A DNA stretch of 64,000 bases, taken from NCBI RefSeq assembly GCF_006345805.1, contig NC_042999.1:70308001-70372000 (forward strand), read 5' to 3'. Below, piece after piece: positions 37,637 to 51,004 of the stretch (the first letter of the stretch is position 1; each line of letters opens with the position of its first letter). The stretch comes from Octopus sinensis (taxonomy: Eukaryota). The notes below the pieces were generated by a model. It was not told the DNA's origin. It saw only the letters and a program-made list of their open reading frames with translations, and did no database searches. The position numbers were made by a program, and so were the translations under genes.

Positions 37637-38646
37637 TTTATTTTGCCTAGACACAAGGCTAATTTCATAAGCAGAAGATAAAGTAAGGAGAATTAACCCA
37701 AATATCTTATTGATACATGTGACACTCAGACTTTTCCCTTTAACCAAAAAAGGTTACCAACAAGAATTCTGAAGCCTGTCATACATTCAGTTTACCAAGA
37801 ACTCTCTGCAGTATCAGTGTATACATCAGTAATCATAATTTGTTTGATACAAGTGCAACTGTCAGACATTACAGATTAGCAGTTTTCTAAATATTGTGTG
37901 TGAATGTATACTTCTAGAAATTAACTAAGAACAAAAATAACAATGTGTTGACAATGATTTAAAAATCAGGCTAAGAACCGAAAACTTACTCAAAACAGTA
38001 AGACTGCCAGTGAAATATGAACAACAAAACACACCCAGGAGTAGTTCATCTAAAATTAATATCTGGTTTATCTAAAACCAATAAAATTAAAATAATAACC
38101 AAGATGGTAAAGCAGGTAGATAGTCAGTTGATCAGGAAATTTGTTCAAAATTATATCAGTTCTGTTCTGGACTAAGCTTACAGCTTTAAAAATAATTATT
38201 TATATTTGTATTAAAAATTATAATGAACAATTCAGAAAGATGAAGCAATGATAAAATAACTCTTTAAACCTATCTGGCTTTCTTTTTTGAGGTTGATCTT
38301 TTTTTCATTTTAAATAGAAATAGTTCAAGATTGTTTAAACTGTAGGACAAAATCAAACTGTAGCAAACTGTAGGACAAACTAAACAGCAGCACAAATTAT
38401 TCACTGTGAAAACTCTGAAGGTGGAAGAGAAACATCAAAAGGATGTCTGCAGGAGAAACAGAGGACAAACTGAACTATAAGATACTTCCCACTTCCTTGG
38501 GAAGCAACGGAAGAAGGAGGAGGAGAGAGAGAGAAAAAAAAAAACTATAATGGAAATAATGAGGATGAAGGTGGTATCATCTAAGGACTAAACCTTGTTG
38601 AACAAGATAATCTGGAAGTTCTAATTATGAACATGGTGGAACTGTC
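37637..38646 (-). other. Probable NCBP1 3' UTR with candidate polyA signal (AATAAA on minus at 37637-37642)
   Basis: About 1 kb of SINE-free sequence after the stop. This is the first minus-strand AATAAA I found downstream. No transcript evidence. Confidence 0.35.
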
Positions 38647-38760
38647 CTAAGAACGAAGTGCACAGAACTGTTGGAATATTTCCAGAATGTGTACGTCAAT
38701 GTCACTGGTGAACAGCAGATTCTCAAGCGTACTAATATAGGTGAACACCAATTCATGATG
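38647..38760 (-). CDS. NCBP1: NCBP1 terminal coding exon ([37 protein letters not shown])
   Basis: Acceptor ttttccttttcag, TAG at 38647-38649. TLENLLFT...HIL..FQQFCAL matches the CBP80 C-terminus. Confidence 0.97.
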   Translation of the reverse strand, partial: HHELVFTYISTLENLLFTSDIDVHILEIFQQFCALRS

Positions 38761-38899
38761 CTGAAAAGGAAAAGAAAAATTCACATGAATTCATGTCAGG
38801 GTATTTTTATGTGGCCACAAATTGGTTACAATAAGGAACTAGGTCATGTCAAAACATTTCATCAAAGAAAAAGCCAATATGAAATATATATATATATAT

Positions 38900-39420
38900 A
38901 TCCACATACCCCAACCCTCAGCCGAACCCCCACCCCACCTGTGCTTTCCTCAATCTCGCCTCCCTCACCTCTCAACAACATCACACCACACCACACTACA
39001 CCATACAACATTACACATCATATCACAACACACCACACACACACCAGCACTGACCAATTCCCATACCCACAATTTCACACCTACACATATATACACGCAC
39101 ATGTCAAGACCACCAGCCCTCTTTCACACGCATATACGTACTCTCTTATACACATACGCACCTTCGTGTTGGGGGTCATCTTTACTTTGTTATCTCCCCT
39201 ACTTCTTTGCTCTCCTGTGTGAACCTTCTGTCCGGCAGTCGTCATGATAGATCGTTAGCCACTACACACATTTTTTTCTCTCCTTGTTTTTTTCTGTGTC
39301 CCTTTCTGTTGAAGAGCGTAGGCTCGAAACAAAAGACTTTTTCAATTCCTGAGCGTTATACTAATACATCTGTTTGTTTTCTACACCACCTGTCTTCATC
39401 TTTTGTTTTTTCGTGAATTC
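38900..39420 (+). mobile_element. Penelope-like terminal-repeat remnant in the last NCBP1 intron
   Basis: CA-rich tract followed by a hammerhead-like motif at 39302-39335 and a T-rich tail. Confidence 0.5.
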
Positions 39421-40329
39421 TCCCTATATATATATATATATACATGGCTCAGTGATTAGAGCTTTGGGCTCACAATCATGAGGTAGTAAGTTTGATTCCT
39501 GGATTGGGATGTGTGCTGTATTCTTGAGCAAGACACTTTATTTCATGTTGCTCCAGTTCACTCAGATGTCGAAATGAGTTACGACGTCACTGGTGCTAAG
39601 CTGTATCAACCTTTGCCTTTCCCTTGGATAACATTGGTGGTGCGGAGAGGGGAGGCTGGTATGCATGGGCAACTGCTGGTCTTCCATAAACAACCTTGCC
39701 TGGACCAAAGACAGTCTTTACCCTTAATACACACACAAGTTTTTAGAAAGAATTCTTGATACAGTCACAATAATTGAAGATGTTTTTACTAAAAAATTAT
39801 TTATATAAAAAAACTCTTAAATACACACATATGGCTAGAGTGAGAGCAAGAGAGAGAAAGTGAAACCCTAATGAAGTATGTAGTTTAGTAGTGACGATTT
39901 TTTTTTTTTACAATTTATTTATTTATTCTCAAGAGTGAAGTCAGTGCCCTTAACTCTTCACATGGCCTCTGAGACTAATGGGAGGGAGGACAGAAGGAAG
40001 TAGCCTCAGACTAAAGATCTGGCACAAATTCATGTAACGGAATAAACTCTGCTAAAGGCACCTAGAATACCATATGGCGGTGGTGCTAGATCAGGCAATG
40101 GATTTAAGTGTACTAGACAAGTAGACTATGGTGAGATTTGAACTTGGAATACAAATAGCTGGACCAAATACAACAAGGTATCTGGTCCAATGTTCTTGAC
40201 TTGATGTTTTTTTTTGAGCCTGAAAGGATGAAAGTCAAAAATGATCTTGGTGGAATTTGAACTTAGAGTGCCAAGTGTCGAAACAAACATCACAGGCATT
40301 CTCATTCACACTCTAGTATCTCTGCTAAT

Positions 40330-40830
40330 TCATCATCATCATCGTTTAACGTCCGCTTTCCATGCTAGCATGGGTTGGACGATTTTGACTGAGGGCTGGC
40401 GAACCAGATTGCTGCACCAGGCTCCAATCTTGATTTGGCAGAGTTTCTACAGCTGGATGCCCTTCCTAACGCCAACCACTCCGAGAGTGTAGTGGGTGCT
40501 TTTTACGTGCCACTGGCACGGGGGCCAGTCAGGCGGTACTGGCAACGACCTCGCTCGAATCCTTTTACACATGCCACCAGTACAGGTGCCAGTAAGGCGA
40601 CTTTGGTAATGATCACGCTCGAATGGTGCCCTTTTACGTGCCACTGGCAACGATCAGGCTCGGATGGTACTCTTGGCACCCTACTAGCCCGGGCACAAGT
40701 GCCAGTAAGGCGATGCTGATAACGATCATGCTTGAATGGTGCCCTTTAAGTGCCACTGGCACGGAAGCCGGTTAGCTGCTCCGTCAATGATCACGTTTGT
40801 ATGGTGCTCTTTGCACCCTGCTAGCATGGA
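40330..40830 (-). mobile_element. SINE family C copy with expanded internal repeats
   Basis: About 5 degenerate ~55-60-bp units containing ggtgc.tttt.cgtgcca. Confidence 0.8.
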
Positions 40831-41646
40831 TGCCATGAAGGAGAATGAGTGGAGACAGGAGGATAACTGAAATAAGGCATTAAGAATTATTGAAAAGAGG
40901 CAGAAATAAACCTCATTTTTCACATATACTCCATTAAAAGAACACTAAAGAAATCGGTTATGTCAAGCTATTTTGGGTCTCATACAAGCAGTTGTTATAG
41001 AATAATGATAAGGAAGTTGGACATCATCATCAACATGTAACATCCGTTTTCCATGCTGGCATGGGTTGCATATATCAAGCTATTCTCATGTAACACACAA
41101 CTGATGGACATAATGAACTTGGCTTACAGTAGAAGGATCAGAAAATCTAGAATAATTACGAAATGATGGAAACATTTGTTACAGTAACAAGATGCTTTGG
41201 GGTAGACATGTATGTAGAAAGGCTCTGTGTCTATATTATTACCAGTTGCCATATATATATATCTTAACCAGCATGCCATGAACAAGTATAGAGAGGTGTT
41301 TGGTGGTGGTAGTAAAAATCACAAACCATGGGCAACTTTTTAATGGAATGTAAGAAGATAAAGCAGAATGACATTCCAGATGGAATTAAAATTAATTCTT
41401 TCTACCAGAGACACAACACCAGAAATTTGGGGGGAGGAGCAAGTCAATAACATCAATCTCCAATATGCCACTGGTATTTATTGGCCCTGAAAGGATGAAA
41501 AGCAAGGTTGACCTTGCTGGCTTTTGAACTCAGAACATTAAGAGCCAGAAGAATTGCTACAGAAGAATTGACCAGCTTAGTAACGAATCTGCAGCTTGCC
41601 CGGCACTAAAACCAATACAAATGTAAACTGGAAAAGATAAACTTAC

Positions 41647-41760
41647 AGTTAAAAATACTTCATGAAGTCGTTCAATAACCCATTTATATCTGGAGGTGTT
41701 CCAGTCAATACCTTCAGCTTCACAACGGGCAAAATGTTCAGTTAATAAAATAATAAAACG
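41647..41760 (-). CDS. NCBP1: NCBP1 penultimate exon (RFIILLTEHFARCEAEGIDWNTSRYKWVIERLHEVFLT)
   Basis: Acceptor ttatctttgtag, donor gtaagt, 114 nt, phase 0-0. Contains RFI..LTEH..RCE and IERL. Confidence 0.96.
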
Positions 41761-42103
41761 CTACAAAGATAAAAGATTGAAAAAGACCATGAAAAATTAC
41801 AAAGCAATTTCATGCATGCATTCACACACACATCAACCTAAATGCATTCCACAACCCATATCTGTGCTCACCTTTGCACAAGCATCATATATATATATAT
41901 ATATGCGTTTGTGACATCAGCAGATTTTCTCAGTCGTATTTTATAGAAAGATATAAAAATGTACCTGACTATTTCTAGTACCAGTCTCCACTGCATGAAT
42001 GTCAATATAGGATGTATGTACATTTGGGAATGTCTAGAATGCATTCATGTGTGTGTAGTGTTTATATAGGACATATGTATGTGTAGGAGCACACATAAGA
42101 TTC

Positions 42104-42141
<38 letters not shown>

Positions 42142-42791
42142 ATGAGGACAGCTGTGTAAAGAAGTGCTGATCTCTAACTATAGAAAAGGTAAACCCAGGA
42201 AGACATGGAACAAGGTGGCATGATCTTCGAACATTGGGCATCACGGAGGTGATGACAAGTGACCGAGACCTTTCATGATAAGCCATGCTTGAGGAGACTT
42301 GTGAAGTCAAATCATATTCATGACCGATGTCGGTGTCACATAACTGGCATGTAAAATGCATCCACTACACTCTTGAAGTGGTTGGCATTAGGAAAGGCAT
42401 CCAGTCATAGAAACAATGCCAAATCAGACTGGAGCCTGGTACAGCTCTCCAGCTTACCAGTTCCAGTCAAACAGTCTAACCTATGCCAGCATGGAAAGCA
42501 GATGGTAAATGATGATGATGACATCATCATTTCATGCCCGTTTTCCATGCTGATACAAATTAGGTATTTTGACAGAATCTATAGTGACAGAACCTTGTCT
42601 TACTCCAGTGTCTTAGTTTAGGCTTGGCTTCTACAATTTGGATACCCTTCCTAATACTAACCACTTTAAACCCTTTGTAAATCACAGGGAAAACAATCCC
42701 CCATTACTGAGAGAATAGGTGAGAAAGTGATGACCTTAAGTGAGGTGTTTAGAGAAGTTACAGTGTACTGGGTGGTAAGATTATGTTACAA

Positions 42792-42838
<47 letters not shown>

Positions 42839-42851
42839 AGCAATTATTTAC

Positions 42852-42974
42852 CTGAAATAGAATAAGAAATAAATTTTTCTGTTGACTCTGAGCAGCTTCC
42901 AATTTCTCTACCATGCGTTCAATCATTTCTGCATTTGGGGTTTCATCATCTTTGTCAGGATCCAGATCATCAGC
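42852..42974 (-). CDS. NCBP1: NCBP1 exon (ADDLDPDKDDETPNAEMIERMVEKLEAAQSQQKNLFLILFQ)
   Basis: Acceptor ctttgcaacacctacag, donor CAG|gtaaat, 123 nt, phase 0-0. Contains IER..EK.E.AQS.QKNLFL..FQ. Confidence 0.96.
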
Positions 42975-45829
42975 CTGTAGGTGTTGCAAAGAGAACAGAA
43001 ACAAAAACTTTAGTGTCTGGCAAGCACATTTGACTAGCACACTATTCATGTGCATGCACACACAGACACACACACTTTTTTTATTAACAAGGACAAAGTT
43101 GGCAGGATACATGGACTTTGTACATGCTTCTTAACTGGTAAAATTCATGTGATTGATGTTCAGTTTGACCATCTACAAATTGATGTCCGCAGAGAAAAAC
43201 TGGGCAAGAATCACTATCTCTAAGCTCTCTTTCTCTCTTACACATACCTTTTACATTTATAGCTTAGACAGAAGAGGGACAGTGTCACTAAGCTTTCCAG
43301 ATCCTCCCAGGCCCCTGAGATTCATGCAATTCACGTTCAGTTTAAATATCTGTAAGTCAATGTCAAAAAATGTGGGCAAAAAGCACACTCTTATTAAAAA
43401 CAATGCTAAACTTTATCAGCCTGGCAAATGTGATTTGTATGCCATTTTGTTTAACTAACGAGTTATGTTAGGTGATAGAACAAAATTCTATTACTGACAT
43501 CAGGAGATGTTAAAAGAAATCAGGGGGCTATCTTCAATGCACAGAGCTTTTACCAAATCACCCTCAAACCACATCCTACTATCTGAAATAAAGAAAGATT
43601 CACAGACTTTATGTTGTCCTTGATATACATAAACTTGATTAGAGTTTGCTTAATCAAAGACTTGCCTTGGGCTAGACAACAAAAACAATATCATACAGGA
43701 CACATACACAAACAAGTAGAGGCATTTTGTGTGTCACCACAGGAAACAGCCAGCTATGCATAGAAATTTTATGAAAGGAAGAAATGAAATTTTACTCTAC
43801 GTTTGAGGGGCCAAGGAGAAGCAAAGATTCCATATCCGTAAGTACTGTGGTGGTGGTTGTTGTCATTTAGCCCCAAATCATCTTTAACTGAAAAGATCTA
43901 TGATTAAAAGCATTCTGGTCATGGCCACCTGTATTTTTCCTATGCCTGTTACACTTAGGTCTACAATATCTGAAGTCTTATTATAAGATAATAGGGCAAA
44001 ACTTTAGGGAAATTTGGCTGTTATTTCTAGCAGGCCGAGCAACTATGCAGAAACTCCTCCAATGGTGGAGGGTGAAGATTCAGAACTCAAACAGTTTTGG
44101 TGTCATTACATAATGGTTTCTCTGATTTTAATATATAACCAATTTATGCAGGAAGGTTGCAATCATCAAATTAGTTGTAATACTCCATTATATCATGGTA
44201 CTTACTGCAGTGATCCCAGAGAAATATACACAAAAACTGACCCTAATGGAATTTGAACTCAAAACACAAAGAAATAAAACTGACAAGCAAAACTTGGTGC
44301 TGCTCTTGCTAATTCTCCAACTCCAAATCGATTTCCACTCCTAGACTAAGTTATATATAGAAAAAAAGTGCAATGGAATGTCAAGCAGAGAGACAGGAAA
44401 CCAAGACATTAGTTGTCCACGGTTCATAGGCATTCAAATTACAAATTACTATTATAAATTATAATTATAGATTACTACAACCCAACAGAGAGCTTTTGTA
44501 TCTAAGACATAATTATGGCTGGCAGTGGTGTAGTGAAAGTATAAATAGATCAAGAAGAGGGAAGGTAATCCAAGGGAGATGCTTATCTGTGGGCAACAAA
44601 AGTTTCTTTCTTTCTCTCTCACTTTCAGTTAGATAATAAAGAGTAGCGAGACAGAGACAATAAGAATATATCTGCAGAGCGTGGAGGGGACTAGCTCAGT
44701 ACTGTGCATTCAATGTACCATATAATCCTGCCAGTGGGCCAAATCTGTTGACCTAACAGCTTCCCCCTTTATGGAGTCACTTGGCCTATTAGAAATAGTA
44801 GTCACATATCCCTAAAATCACACCATACCATCTTAAGAAATGGAAGAACATACTGGATAATATAGACTGTGTCTGAATTAAAAGAAACACAGGATAGAAC
44901 ATCACTGATCATAGGTAGTGCCTTTTTATTTTTTTACAAGTTATGAAGAAGCTTTGTGTTCATCATCCTTAATAGTTAATAGTAGGAGTGGAAGAATGGA
45001 AGTGAGAATCCACAGGTTATTATTATTATTATTATGTTATATCATACGATGCTAGTTACATATTTCCAACAAACACTCTCTCCACATTTCTTATTTCTTT
45101 ATTGCCCACAAGGGGCTACACAGAGAGGGGATAAACAAGGACAGACAAACAGATTAAGTCGATTATATCGACCCCAGTACGTAACTGGTCCTTAATTTAT
45201 CGACCCCAAAAGGATGAAAGGCAAAGTCGACCTTGGCGGAATTTGAACTCAGAACGTAAAGACAGATGAAATACCACTAAGCATTTCGCCCGGCGTACTA
45301 ACATTTCTGCCAGCTCGCCGCTCTCTCCACATTTCTGAACGTGGCAAATGAGTATCTCTAACTTAATGCATAACAAATATCTCAAAGCATCAGTTTCTGA
45401 TTTTCTCCTTCAAGTTTAGGTACTTCACCAAAAGACACACAAACACACACTAGACTGTCACATAGTCTCTTTCTACCAAAATACCATTAAGGCATTGGCA
45501 CTAGTGTAGCTAGAGGTGGGCGAAGGGGTCTGCTGTAGGCAATATGTATCACTTGTGGGGGCTCAGGATGGCACACAGTCTAGTTACACACTAGTGGGTA
45601 TTGGTCAGCAGAGGCTATGGCAGAAGGAACAAGGTGCTGTGCGGTTGTATTGAACTCAAAACTGCATATCTAAGAGAACTTAACTGCACAGCCTTGCCAG
45701 CACCAGAGGCAGAACATCAAATAACTGAGAACTTGGGTGTAAACAACAACAGCAATCTCACAAAAGTTTAGGAAGTGACTGTAATTTGTGAAGAAAGTGT
45801 GTGTTAAGTAAATTGTTTTTTTTGTAAAC

Positions 45830-45944
45830 CTTTTGCTGAGCTGATTCATGTTTGTCTCTTGCATCTTCTACTTCTTTCTGAAGTTTCGTGACATGTTTCA
45901 TCATCTTTTTGATGGTGCTGTGCATTATTTCCCATACAAAGAAA
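45830..45944 (-). CDS. NCBP1: NCBP1 exon (FFVWEIMHSTIKKMMKHVTKLQKEVEDARDKHESAQQK)
   Basis: Acceptor cattctag, donor AAG|gtttac, 115 nt, phase 2-0. Contains VWEI.HSTI.KM.KHV.K.QKE. Confidence 0.95.
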
Positions 45945-47815
45945 CTAGAATGTTCAGAAAACAAAGAAACAAAAGAAGAAAAACAAATTTATAAACAATA
46001 AATAAATATAGCAACAATACATTTTTAAATACTTTTTTTTTCTACTACAGAGTGTTGAAGAATTCAAGATTTTATTCACTTGAACTCTTTTAATTACAAC
46101 CTACCTAAGACCCCCCCCACGCCCTGATCACATAAACTTCATGCTTTAAAATGATCTTCCATCAAAATTTCATGTTAATTATGTTCCAAGCACCAGCTAA
46201 ATAATGGTTTCAAATTTTGGCACAAGGTCAGCAATTTTGGGTGATCCCAGTATTCAAATGGTACTCATTTTATTGACCCCCAAATGATGAAAGGTAATGT
46301 TGACCTAGGCAGAATTAGAATGCAAAACATAAAAATTGATGAAATACCGCTAAGCCCAATGTGCTAATGATCCTGCTAGCTGACCACCTCGTTACCACCA
46401 GCTAAATAAGGACAGTTATTTTATCTAATTCTTCACAATTTTCAAAAGTAATTGAAACAAAGTCAGTGCATTCCAATAGAAATTAGATCACAAAAGTGTT
46501 CAGTCCTTTCGTGACCATATTTTGATAAACTACATATATTTCAATTAATGTTTAAGGTAATCAAGGATTTGAAATCATTTAGCAATTACTTAGCAATCTT
46601 TTTTCACTATTAAAATAGTGATAGCTTTATGAAAATGTAAATCTTGCTGTGGCCAATCAATTGCAGACTCCAGGCAAGACACTTCCTTTGCTGGTTTCTC
46701 AGAGAAACCAAACTGCCACCTTATATAATTCTTAGGGAATTCGTAAATGGATGAAGTACTATAGGGGGTGTGTGATGAAATACAGCATTTAGGCATATCT
46801 CTTAGCAGGAATCTAAATTCTATATCCTTCAGTTTAATTGCAGCATTCATCTCATTAGTTGGCATTAAAGTGTAGTAGTGGGTCTTGTCTAAGGTTGAAT
46901 TCTATAGCATTCATAATACTGTTATATATATTCAGAGTAGTCGGTCTTGTCTAAGGTTTAACTTTGCATCAATCATAACACTAATGGTTTAGATATATTG
47001 ATGTATTCATATAAATTAAGAGTTGTGTGTCTTGTGTAAGGTTTAATTCTATAGGAGATATATTCATGTATTCATAATAACAACTATTTCTAATTTAGGC
47101 AAAAGGCTAACAATTTTAGGGGGTTGAAGGTTAACTGATTACAACAACCCTAATACTTGACTGGTAATTTATTTTATTGACCCCCTCCCACCACACACAA
47201 AAAAAATGAATAGTAGGATTTGAAATCAAAATGCAAAAGAATGGTAGAAATTCTAAGCATTTTGCCCAACATATTTACAATTCTGCCAGCTCGTCACCTT
47301 AATAATAATAATAGTTACTAATTTTGAGGGGAAGGGGTTAGTCAATACAATCAATTCCATCATTTGATTAGTACCTTATTTTATTGATCCTGGAGGGCTG
47401 AAAGATGGTGGCAGGATTTCAATTTAGATTGTAAAGAGCCAAAACAAATATCACAAAACATTTTGTCTGATGTGCTAATGATTCGGCCAGTTTGTGGCCT
47501 TTTATAATAATGGTGTTAATAATATTTATAATGATATAATAATGGTGTTTCTTATTACAGCACAAGGCCAACAATTCTGAGGATGAGTTGAGTTGATATC
47601 TCAACCCCAGTATCTGACTGGTACTATTATTAAAAAAAAGTTATGATAATAATAATAAAGTGAACAAAAAACTGCACATGTGATTTGGCAGGAGTTTCCT
47701 AGCTATGAAAGTTAATGTGTTGACTCATCTCTAAATTCAGATATAAATAAAATGATTTGAACAAAAGAATCATTCTCTATGACAAATGATGGTGAAAATT
47801 TGAAAAAAAAAAAAA

Positions 47816-47855
<40 letters not shown>

Positions 47856-47858
47856 TAC

Positions 47859-47962
47859 CTTGTAAATGCATGGCTCATTTCATCAGAAAACAACCAATTA
47901 GCAACAGCTGAGCATTCGATTATCTGAGTCTTCAGTAGTTTATCTATCAAGACTACCAGCAT
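47859..47962 (-). CDS. NCBP1: NCBP1 exon ([34 protein letters not shown])
   Basis: Acceptor cctattccag, donor AG|gtaatg, 104 nt, phase 0-2. Contains DK...TQI..C.AVANW.FS. Confidence 0.97.
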
Positions 47963-48648
47963 CTGGAATAGGGGAGTATTGAAATGAGAGGAAGGAAGGA
48001 AGAGAAAAAAAAGCATCGTTATGAGATAAAAATTAAGTGACACATCAAAGAATATAACAGAATCCAAAAACTAAAAACATGTGAATGACATCAGAACAGT
48101 TTAAAATGTTTATCACACAGAACAGGCATAGCTGTATGGTGTAGAAGCTAGCTTCCCATCCATGTGATTTCAAATTTAGTTTCACGTCACAGTACCATGG
48201 GCAAGTGTCATCTACTATAGCATTGGCCTTGTGAGTAGATTTGGTAGACAAAAACTGAAAGAAGCTCATTATGCATGTGTGTGTGTGTGTGTGTTTATAT
48301 ATATATTTTTATTTTTTTACTTGTTTCAATCATTAGACTGTGGCCATGCTGGGGCACCACCTTGAAGAATTTTAGTCAAAGGAATCAACCTCAGTACTTA
48401 TAAGGACACACACACACAAACAAGCTTCTTTCATTTTCCCTCTAATTCATTCACAAGACTTTGGTTGACCTGAATTATAGAAGACATTTGCTTAAAGTGC
48501 CATGCTGTGAGACTGAACCCGAAACCATATGGTTAGGAAGTAAGCCTCTTAAACACACAGCCATGCCTGCAACCCCCCCAAAAATTAAAGATTATTCAAG
48601 AATTCTAAAAGAGAGAGAGAGAGAATAGGAACAGTGAAAAACAAATAC

Positions 48649-48742
48649 CTGTTGATGTGTCCTCCATAAATCATACACAGTTTTTAGGAGACATATCTGA
48701 CCCTCCTCATTTTCAACCAGTGTTTTAAATATATAATGAAAT
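48649..48742 (-). CDS. NCBP1: NCBP1 exon (FHYIFKTLVENEEGQICLLKTVYDLWRTHQQ)
   Basis: Acceptor ctctcttttctag, donor CAG|gtattt, 94 nt, phase 2-0. Matches FHxVFKTL...W..HxQ. Confidence 0.95.
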
Positions 48743-50204
48743 CTAGAAAAGAGAGAACGGTTAAACAAATTTTTTAAAATACACTATAAAGGAAAGCTGG
48801 AGATGAGATAACTGATACTGGACAGATGTGCTCAGGTGTCAAGAGTTCAAATCTATTATGTTATGTTTCTGAGCTACAAGACTATACTCTACATTGCTTC
48901 AGTTCATCTACAATTAGGTATCAAATCAATCTGATTTAGGTTCAAGCCACAATTCACAAATCAGTCCATTTACCTCTCAGAAACAGGTAAAAGATCAATC
49001 TGGTTGAGTCTCTCACAGCAGTTCATTTAACTGTCTAGAACAGGTCCCAGATCGATATGGCTTAGTCTCACACTATAGTCCATCTAGTCCCAGATAAATC
49101 TGATTTACTTTCACACCACAGTCTTCCAATCCTTTCATCTAGTTGTCTAAAATGGGTACCAAATCAAAAATTGTCAAATGGTTCAACTAGCTGTTAGGAT
49201 CTATGTATCACTGTCTGTGTGTAAGCATGGTTGATGGACAAGAAGTTTGCTTTGCAGTTGTGGTCTATAGTTTAGGTCATTGCACAGCATCCTGGGCAAG
49301 AGTCTTCTACCATAACTTTATGGCTACCTAAGTTATGTGAGTGAAATCGGGTAGATAGAATCTGCATCAGAGTCCATCAGATGGACTGTAACTGGCACTT
49401 AAAGGAGCTGCCATGCTGTATACAATGTTATGTTGATCCTGGCTGAAGATTACAGTAAGAGTACAAAAGGCTGTGGAATACCATCATCATCATTTAACGC
49501 CCACTGTCCATGCTGGCATGGGTTAGACAGCTTGACCAGGGCTGGTAAACTGATGGGCTGCACCAAACTCCAGTCTGATTTGGCAGGGTTTCTACAGCTG
49601 AATGCCCTTCCTAACACCAACCACTGCCGAGAGTATAATGGGTGCTTTTGATTGCCAGTTGCATGACATCAGTATTTGCCAGGACTATGATTCCACTTGG
49701 CTTGATGAGTCTTCTCAAGGGCAGCATATGGCCGATCCAATAAGTAGTTAGTTCCTTTGATCAAACAACTACAATATTCGTTATCACAATCAAAGCAAGA
49801 TTCCTGTCTCTTTGGCTACTCCTGAATTCAGACCTTTATTTTTTAGCATATATTTAATGTTCTTGACCATAACAGAACAATCTCTTTTAGAAATCCTATT
49901 CAATATGAATTATACAATTGACCCCAGGACTTATTCTTTGTAAGCCTAGTATACTAGGCTTGCTATCTTTTGCTGAACCACTAAGTTATTGGGATGTAAA
50001 CACACCAACAACGTTGTCAAGTGGAAATGGGGGACAAACACAGAGACAAAGACACACACATATAAATATATACATACATACATATATATGTACAATGGGT
50101 TTTTTTTCCATTTCCATCTACCAATTCCACTCACACAGCTTTGGTCAGCCAAAGACTATCTATAGTAGAAGAAACTTGTTCAAGGTGCCAAGCCTATAAC
50201 TATA

Positions 50205-50990
50205 ATGTTTTCTACTATAGGAACAAGGCCTGAAACTTTATGGGAGGAGATAAGTTCATTACATCAACTCCCAGTGCCCAACAGGTATTTATTTCAACAT
50301 CAACCCTGAAAGGATGAAAGGCAAAGACAATCTCAGTGGGATTTGAACTCACAAAATAAAGACGGATGAAATGCCGTTAAGCAATTTGTCCAGCATGCTA
50401 ACAAATAATGGTAATCTTTTTTTAACATTGGCTCAAAGCCAGATTTGAAGAGTTGGGGCATAGTTGATTAAAGTGACCTCTGCACACAACCATTACTTCA
50501 TTTTATTAATAACAACAGCAACAACAACTAATAATCCTTTCTATTATAGGCACAAGGCCTGAAATTTGAGGGAAAGGGGCTAGTCAATTACACCGACCCC
50601 AGTACATAACTGGTACTTATTTTATCAACCCCGCAAGGATGAAAGGCAAACTCAACCGCAGCAGAATTTGAATTCAGAATGTAAAGATGGGTGAAAAACC
50701 GCTAAGCATTTTGCCTGGCATACTAACAATTCTGCCAGCTTGCTGCCTTAACAACAATAATCTCAAATTTTTGTCACAAGGACAGCTTGTGGGAGGTGGG
50801 GATGAGACGATTACATCAACCCCAGTGTTCAACTGGTACTTATTTTATTGACCCCAAAAGGATGAAAGACAAAGTCAACCTCAGTGGAATTTGAACTCAG
50901 AACATGAAGACAGGCGAAATACCGCTAAGCATTTTACCCGGCATGCTAATGATTCTGCCAGTTCATCACCTTAATAATAATAATAATAAT
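50205..50990 (-). mobile_element. Head-to-tail array of 3-4 family B SINEs joined by (AAT/AAC)n
   Basis: Repeated taatcctttctactataggcacaagg...ctgccagc units, ending about 15 bp from the NCBP1 donor at 51004. Confidence 0.8.
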
Positions 50991-51004
50991 ATTAAGATAC
51001 TTAC

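Noticed and set aside
38671-39247. 183-aa and 133-aa + strand ORFs
   Set aside because: Antisense shadow of the NCBP1 last exon plus CA-rich low-complexity sequence.
43180-43350. LNVNCMNLRGLG fragment resembling an APE endonuclease N-terminus
   Set aside because: Too short and interrupted to call a LINE.
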